Shown here piece by piece: positions 51,911 through 56,478 of a stretch of 56,478 nucleotides of DNA. This stretch comes from an uncultured Gemmatimonadota bacterium (GTDB taxonomy: Bacteria > Gemmatimonadota > Gemmatimonadetes > Palauibacterales > Palauibacteraceae): positions 1 to 56,478 of the forward strand of contig CAZEBA010000022.1 in NCBI GenBank assembly GCA_964510615.1. The letters are read 5' to 3'. The stretch's first letter is position 1; every line of letters begins with the position of its first letter. Under the pieces are notes generated by a model that worked only from the letters and a program-made list of their open reading frames with translations, was not told where the DNA came from and did not search any database. The translations under genes were made by a program, and so were the position numbers.

Positions 51911-52966
51911 ATGAGCGCGCGTGCCCTGCGGAAACTGGTGCTGCTCCTGGTGGTTCTCGTTGCCCTCTACGCCGTCCTCACCCTGGTGAAGGGGAGGGCG
52001 GGCCCCGAGGGCTCTGCCGCCGCCGGTCCGGTGGCTCGAGCGCTGGAGACTATCCAGGCCGCGGAACTCGAGAGCGTCGCGCTCCGGGGGCCCGCGGGCG
52101 AGAGCGTGGTGCTGGAGCGAGGTACGGGCGGTACGACCGGCGCGGGCGGTGGGATCGGCTGGACCGCGAACGGGTTCCGTGCCGATTCGGCTACCCTGGA
52201 GCGTCTGCTGACCGCGATCGGCGGGGCGACGGTCGGGGATCGAGCGTCGACGAACTCCGCCAATCACGAGCGTCTCGGAGTGACGGCCGACAGCGGCTGG
52301 CAGCTGACGTTCGCCGGCGCCCAGGGAATCGAGGTCGTCCTTCTGCTCGGCAAGCCCGGGCCGTCCTTCGGCAGCGCGTACGTGCGCCTGCCCGATCAGA
52401 CGGACGTCTTCGTCGTGGGCGGCGATCTGAGATCGGCTGCGGCGAGGCCGCTCGACGACTGGCGGGACAAGACGATCGCGCGAGTGGACACGGCGAAGGT
52501 CCAGGCGCTGCATGTGACGCGAAACGGCTCGAGCTATTCGATCCACCGAGCCGATTCGGCATGGACTCTGGTCGGCTCCGGCGCCCGAGCGGAACCGGCG
52601 GCGCTGGCCGACGCCGTGGCGGTGGCCGATCTGCTCGGCGAGCTCGCCAACCTCCGTGCCACGGGCTTCTTCGAAGAAGTTCGCGAGGGTCGCCCGGGGG
52701 CAGGCGATGCGCCCGATGCTGGCGAGCAGGAGACGCCGGACGACGGCGAGGCCGAGCCCGAGGCCCCGGCCGAACCGGAGGAGCTTCGACTGATCGCCCT
52801 CGGCGCCGCGGCCGACACGCTGCTCGAGATCACAGCCGAACAGCGCGCGGCGGCGTACGAGATCCGGACGGCCGGGGACTCCGTTCTCTACCAGCTCCCC
52901 TCGTGGCGGGTGGGCCGGCTGATGCCGCCGCTCGACCGCATCGCGTCGACTGGGCCCGTGCACTAG
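51911..52966 (+). CDS. DUF4340-like protein, the usual partner gene of GldG-type ABC systems.
   Basis: An N-terminal transmembrane anchor (LVLLLVVLVALYAVLTL) is present. Its position after the GldG-like gene supports the call. Confidence 0.45.
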   Translation: MSARALRKLVLLLVVLVALYAVLTLVKGRAGPEGSAAAGPVARALETIQAAELESVALRGPAGESVVLERGTGGTTGAGGGIGWTANGFRADSATLERLLTAIGGATVGDRASTNSANHERLGVTADSGWQLTFAGAQGIEVVLLLGKPGPSFGSAYVRLPDQTDVFVVGGDLRSAAARPLDDWRDKTIARVDTAKVQALHVTRNGSSYSIHRADSAWTLVGSGARAEPAALADAVAVADLLGELANLRATGFFEEVREGRPGAGDAPDAGEQETPDDGEAEPEAPAEPEELRLIALGAAADTLLEITAEQRAAAYEIRTAGDSVLYQLPSWRVGRLMPPLDRIASTGPVH

Positions 52967-53038
52967 CGTAATGGAACCAGGCCGCGACAAGATTGTGAAC
53001 TCACCGCCAACCCGAGCAGGGTCACCGCCCGGAGGCCA

Positions 53039-53809
53039 ATGAGGCACAAGACTCTCCTGCTGGCCTGTCTGCTTGCATGCCCCGATGCGGTGGTGGCGCA
53101 GACGATCGAGACCGGTTTTCTGGACCGCTCGATCTCACTGGAAGGCGCAGACTACCGGTACCAGGTTTACGTGCCTCGCGCCTATCGCCCGTCGGAGGAG
53201 TGGCCGGTCATCCTGTTTCTTCACGGAGCGGGGGAGCGCGGCGACGATGGGCTGCTTCAGACGCAAGTCGGGCTCGGGAGCGCGATCCGGTCGAACCAAG
53301 AAAGCTGGCCGGCGATCGTGGTCTTTCCTCAGGTGCCCGAGGAGCTGACCTGGCAGGGTGTACCCGGCCGGATGGCGATGGCCGCGCTCGACGCCACCCT
53401 GCGGGAGTACCGAGTCGACGAATCGCGGGTCTATCTGACGGGTCTGTCGCTCGGAGGGAACGGGACATGGTACCTGGCCTACGAGCATCCCGATCGTTTT
53501 GCGGCGCTCGTCGTCGTTTGCGGTTTCGTCGCGGCCTTTCCCGGCTTCCCGATGTTCCTCCCCGAATCCAGCGCGGACCCGTACTCGGATCTGGCGGCTA
53601 GCATCGCGGGCATTCCGGTTTGGATCGTTCACGGTGATGCCGATGACATCGTACCCGTGGAGGAATCGCGCCGGATGGCAGCCGCTCTCGAGGAGGCCGG
53701 CGCCGACGTGCGGTACGATGAGTTGCCGGGCATCGACCACTTCGCGTGGGTACCCGCCTACGCGTCCGAGGAGTTGATCGAGTGGCTGTTTCTCCAGCAG
53801 CGGCGCTAG
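53039..53809 (+). CDS. Secreted esterase / alpha/beta hydrolase of the PHB-depolymerase / CE1-like type.
   Basis: A signal peptide is present. The motifs FLHGAGERGDD, GLSLGG and HGDADDIVP are present. Confidence 0.6.
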   Translation: MRHKTLLLACLLACPDAVVAQTIETGFLDRSISLEGADYRYQVYVPRAYRPSEEWPVILFLHGAGERGDDGLLQTQVGLGSAIRSNQESWPAIVVFPQVPEELTWQGVPGRMAMAALDATLREYRVDESRVYLTGLSLGGNGTWYLAYEHPDRFAALVVVCGFVAAFPGFPMFLPESSADPYSDLAASIAGIPVWIVHGDADDIVPVEESRRMAAALEEAGADVRYDELPGIDHFAWVPAYASEELIEWLFLQQRR

Positions 53810-53840
53810 GCGAGCGGCAGAGGCAAGCGGCGTTGGACGA

Positions 53841-54713
53841 GTGAACCGGGCGCTCACGCGACGGGAGGCGCTGACGAGGCTGGCCGCGCTCGCGGTCGGC
53901 TCTCCGGTGCTCGCATTGTCGCCCATGGCGGCGGCGTGCGCGCGGATGGAGACGGATCGGAGGAGGTTCCCGGGCCCGTTGGGCCTCCAGCTCTACACGG
54001 TCCGCACGGAGATGGAGCGAGACGTACCGGCCACTCTGGCCCGCGTGGCGGAGATCGGCTACGAGAAGGTGGAGTTTGCGGGCTACTTCGGCCATTCGCC
54101 ATCGGAGATCCGGAGATTCCTCGCCGATGCAGGCTTGCGCGCCCCTTCGGCTCACGTACCCCTCGAGCTCGTGGACGAGGCGTGGCCTGCGACTCTCGAG
54201 GCTGCCGCGGCCATAGGTCACGAGTACGTCGTCGTGCCATCCGTTCCCGAGTCGATGCGCGCTTCTCTGGACGATTGGCGGCAAGTGGCCGAGCGCCTCA
54301 CGGAGGCGGCCGCAGAGGCCCGCGCGCTGGGGCTTCGCTTCGCCTATCACAACCACGACTTCGAGTTTCCCGAGATACAAGGGCGGACTCCGCTGGACGT
54401 CTTTCTGGAGACGGCCGATGCCGAGCTGGTGGAGATGGAGCTCGATCTCTTCTGGATCATTCACGCGGGTCGCGATCCGATTGCCTTCATCGACCGCTGG
54501 CCAGGCCGGATCGCGATGGTTCATGTCAAGGACCGGACCGGCGATGGGCGCATGACCGAGGTGGGAAGCGGCGTCGTCGATTGGGCCGAGATCTTTCGAC
54601 ATCGGGAGCGCGCCGGGATTCGCCACTACTTCGTCGAGCACGATGACCCGGAAGCGCCGTTCCGTTCCGTGGAGAAGAGCTTCCGCTATCTGAGCCGCCT
54701 CGAGACGGCATGA
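53841..54713 (+). CDS. Tat-secreted sugar-phosphate isomerase/epimerase (xylose-isomerase-like TIM barrel).
   Basis: A GTG start is used. A twin-arginine signal (TRREALTRLAALAVG) is present. The motifs LGLRFAYHNHDFEF and VHVKD are present. Confidence 0.6.
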   Translation: MNRALTRREALTRLAALAVGSPVLALSPMAAACARMETDRRRFPGPLGLQLYTVRTEMERDVPATLARVAEIGYEKVEFAGYFGHSPSEIRRFLADAGLRAPSAHVPLELVDEAWPATLEAAAAIGHEYVVVPSVPESMRASLDDWRQVAERLTEAAAEARALGLRFAYHNHDFEFPEIQGRTPLDVFLETADAELVEMELDLFWIIHAGRDPIAFIDRWPGRIAMVHVKDRTGDGRMTEVGSGVVDWAEIFRHRERAGIRHYFVEHDDPEAPFRSVEKSFRYLSRLETA

Positions 54714-54831
54714 GCCGGCGGACCAGCACCGAACCGCTTCAGCCTTCTTGCGCGAAACGTCACGAGGGGAGACGATCCGGGATCCGTAAAGTGTTGCGGT
54801 CCCGTCACGTCTCGCCGGAAGGTCCGATGGC

Positions 54832-55875
54832 ATGAGACCCGCGCACGAAGAACGCGACCCTCCGTCGATGGCGGTGCTGCTCGAATTGGGATTCGAGCCC
54901 GCCCGACCCGCACCGGAGCGCATCGAAGACACGATCTTGCCGTCCGGCGATCACAAGCTGGTGGTGGACAGGCGGGCGATGAGCACCCGCGTGTCGATCG
55001 CGGCGATCCACCACTCCCGCTGGATGGTCGAGGATGCGGCCGGCCGCGCCTTCGAGGAGATGGATCGGCTGATCGGGCTCCTCAATCGGTTCGACCCGGG
55101 CTCCGCCGTGAGCGCTCTCAACACGGAAGGACGGCTGGCAGACCCGCCTCCCGAGCTCACGTTGCTGCTCGATCGATCGGCTGCCGTCCACGAGGTCAGC
55201 GGCGGCGCCTTCGACGTCACGGTCCAACCGCTCGTCGATCTCCTCAAGCAGGCGCCGGACAACCCGGATCCCGTCCTCTGGCGAGAGACGCTGGAAATCA
55301 TCGGTGCGAGATCCCTTCGTGTCTCCCGCGGATTGATCGCCTTCGAGCGCGGCGGGATGGGCATCACGCTCGACGGGATCGCCAAGGGCTACATCGTGGA
55401 TGCGATGGCCGCCGTGCTCGAGGCGCGCGGGATCGACCGCTTCCTGATCGATGCGGGCGGCGACATCCGGGCCTCCGGCCTTCGGGAGGACGGCCTCCCC
55501 TGGGCGGTCGCCGTACGCGATCCGCGGCACGGTGGGGTTCTGCCCTCGCCCCTGCGGGTCACGGATGGAGCCGTTGCGACCTCGGGCGGTTACGAGGCCC
55601 GCTTCGACCCGCAAGGATCGTGGCACCAGATCGTGAATCCCCGCACCGGGCGTTCAGGCGATGGCGTCCTGAGCGCGACGGTCGTGGGCCCCACCGTCTT
55701 CGCCTCGGATGCGCTGGCGACAGCCACGGCTCTGATGTCCCCAGGGCGAGGGGTTCGCTTCATCGACTCCCTCCCCGGGTTCGAGTGCATGGTGATCGAC
55801 GGGGAAGGGCGCGCGACGCTCTCGGTAGGCTGGGCCGGACCAACAATGGCTTCTCTGCGGAAAGGGGCGAGATGA
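54832..55875 (+). CDS. apbE: FAD:protein FMN transferase.
   Basis: The ApbE motifs GITLDGIAKGYIVD and DAGGDIRASG are present. The start is uncertain; an internal Met at 54979 (MSTRVSIAAIHH) may be the real start. Confidence 0.7.
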   Translation: MRPAHEERDPPSMAVLLELGFEPARPAPERIEDTILPSGDHKLVVDRRAMSTRVSIAAIHHSRWMVEDAAGRAFEEMDRLIGLLNRFDPGSAVSALNTEGRLADPPPELTLLLDRSAAVHEVSGGAFDVTVQPLVDLLKQAPDNPDPVLWRETLEIIGARSLRVSRGLIAFERGGMGITLDGIAKGYIVDAMAAVLEARGIDRFLIDAGGDIRASGLREDGLPWAVAVRDPRHGGVLPSPLRVTDGAVATSGGYEARFDPQGSWHQIVNPRTGRSGDGVLSATVVGPTVFASDALATATALMSPGRGVRFIDSLPGFECMVIDGEGRATLSVGWAGPTMASLRKGAR

Positions 55876-56375
55876 GATCGGAATACTCAGGCGTTCAACT
55901 GACCGCCCTGGTGGCGCTGCGCTTCGCTATCGGCTGGCATTTCTTCTACGAGGGTGTCGCGAAGCTCGTGAACCCGTATTGGACGGCCGCCGGCTACCTG
56001 GAAGGCTCGCAGGGCTTCATGTCGGAGCTCTTCATGGACCTGGCCTCCAATTCGGGCACGCTGGCTTTCGTCGATCAGCTGAATGTGTGGGGGCTGATCC
56101 TCGTCGGACTCGGATTGATGCTGGGTGGTCTCACCCGCACGGCAACGGTCTTCGGGATCATCATGCTCCTCCTCTACTATCTCGCTACGCCGCCATGGCC
56201 CGGGCTCGTGTACACGATTCCGGCAGAGGGCGCCTACCTGATCATCAACAAGACGCTGATCGAGCTGTGCGCGCTGCTGGTGATCCTGTTCTTCCCCACG
56301 GGGCGGATCGTCGGACTGGATCGCTTGGTGCGGCTGGCACGCGCCCGCGGCCCGGCTCAGGAATCCTACGCATGA
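55872..56375 (+). CDS. DoxX-family membrane protein.
   Basis: The ATGA overlap with apbE couples the two genes. The motif LRFAIGWHFFYEGVAKL is present. About 4 transmembrane segments are predicted. Confidence 0.55.
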   Translation: MRSEYSGVQLTALVALRFAIGWHFFYEGVAKLVNPYWTAAGYLEGSQGFMSELFMDLASNSGTLAFVDQLNVWGLILVGLGLMLGGLTRTATVFGIIMLLLYYLATPPWPGLVYTIPAEGAYLIINKTLIELCALLVILFFPTGRIVGLDRLVRLARARGPAQESYA

Positions 56376-56406
56376 CAACTACGGGCAATCCGGCGGAGAA
56401 CGACCG

Positions 56407-56478
56407 ATGAATGATGAGATACGGGACGAGGACGAGCAGATCGGCGGGGACGAGGACGAACAGATCGGCGGGGACGAG
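56407..56478 (+). CDS. 5' fragment of an ORF encoding an acidic tandem repeat (DEDEQIGG)n, truncated by the window end.
   Basis: The ATG is 9 nt after GGAGAA. The 24-bp unit gacgaggacgagcagatcggcggg is repeated at 56424-56447 and 56448-56471. Confidence 0.3.
   Translation, partial: MNDEIRDEDEQIGGDEDEQIGGDE

Overview
This 56.5 kb window is a high-GC (roughly 65-70%) bacterial chromosomal segment, very gene-dense, with no rRNA, tRNA, CRISPR array or classical IS/transposase. The lineage is uncertain: the gene content (BTAD/SARP-TPR membrane regulator, GldA/F/G-like ABC cluster, TadG, many lipoproteins) would fit Gemmatimonadota or Actinomycetota. Read from the translated ORFs, in order: (i) a two-gene module at the 5' edge, an unknown protein followed by a secreted protein made of ~50-aa tandem repeats each carrying a WWW(Y)YD motif, with a local GC dip; (ii) a lipoprotein, copper-amine-oxidase-N-domain protein and NTF2-like protein; (iii) a candidate tailoring or sugar/nucleoside-modification cluster: P450 + ferredoxin divergent from GT2, an enolase-superfamily enzyme, an NAD-epimerase on the opposite strand, a second enolase-superfamily enzyme, a second GT2, a CMP/dCMP-type deaminase and a quinohemoprotein PQQ-alcohol dehydrogenase; (iv) an amtB-glnK-glnA nitrogen operon followed by a flotillin/SPFH gene; (v) a membrane-anchored SARP(BTAD)-TPR regulator next to a lipoprotein gene flanked by a repeated 15-bp motif, and an AmpG-type MFS permease fused to a C-terminal zinc ribbon; (vi) aldo-keto reductase, Tat-secreted intradiol-dioxygenase-like protein, Na+/solute symporter, GH4 glycosidase and M20 amidohydrolase; (vii) a TadG-like protein, lipoproteins, KatG, M28 peptidase, alpha/beta hydrolase, OsmC, an outer-membrane beta-barrel and a double-Cache lipoprotein; (viii) an ICMT-like methyltransferase, a Tat-AKR, and a DUF222/HNH (REP13E12-like) selfish-element gene carrying three copies of a perfect 16-18 bp palindrome; (ix) a flavin monooxygenase, OsmC, DUF3303-like protein, a GldA / GldF-GldG-fusion / DUF4340 ABC cluster, an esterase, a sugar-phosphate isomerase, ApbE and DoxX, and the start of an acidic tandem-repeat ORF at the 3' edge. 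All functional calls rest on motifs read by eye in the supplied translations; nothing was searched against a database.
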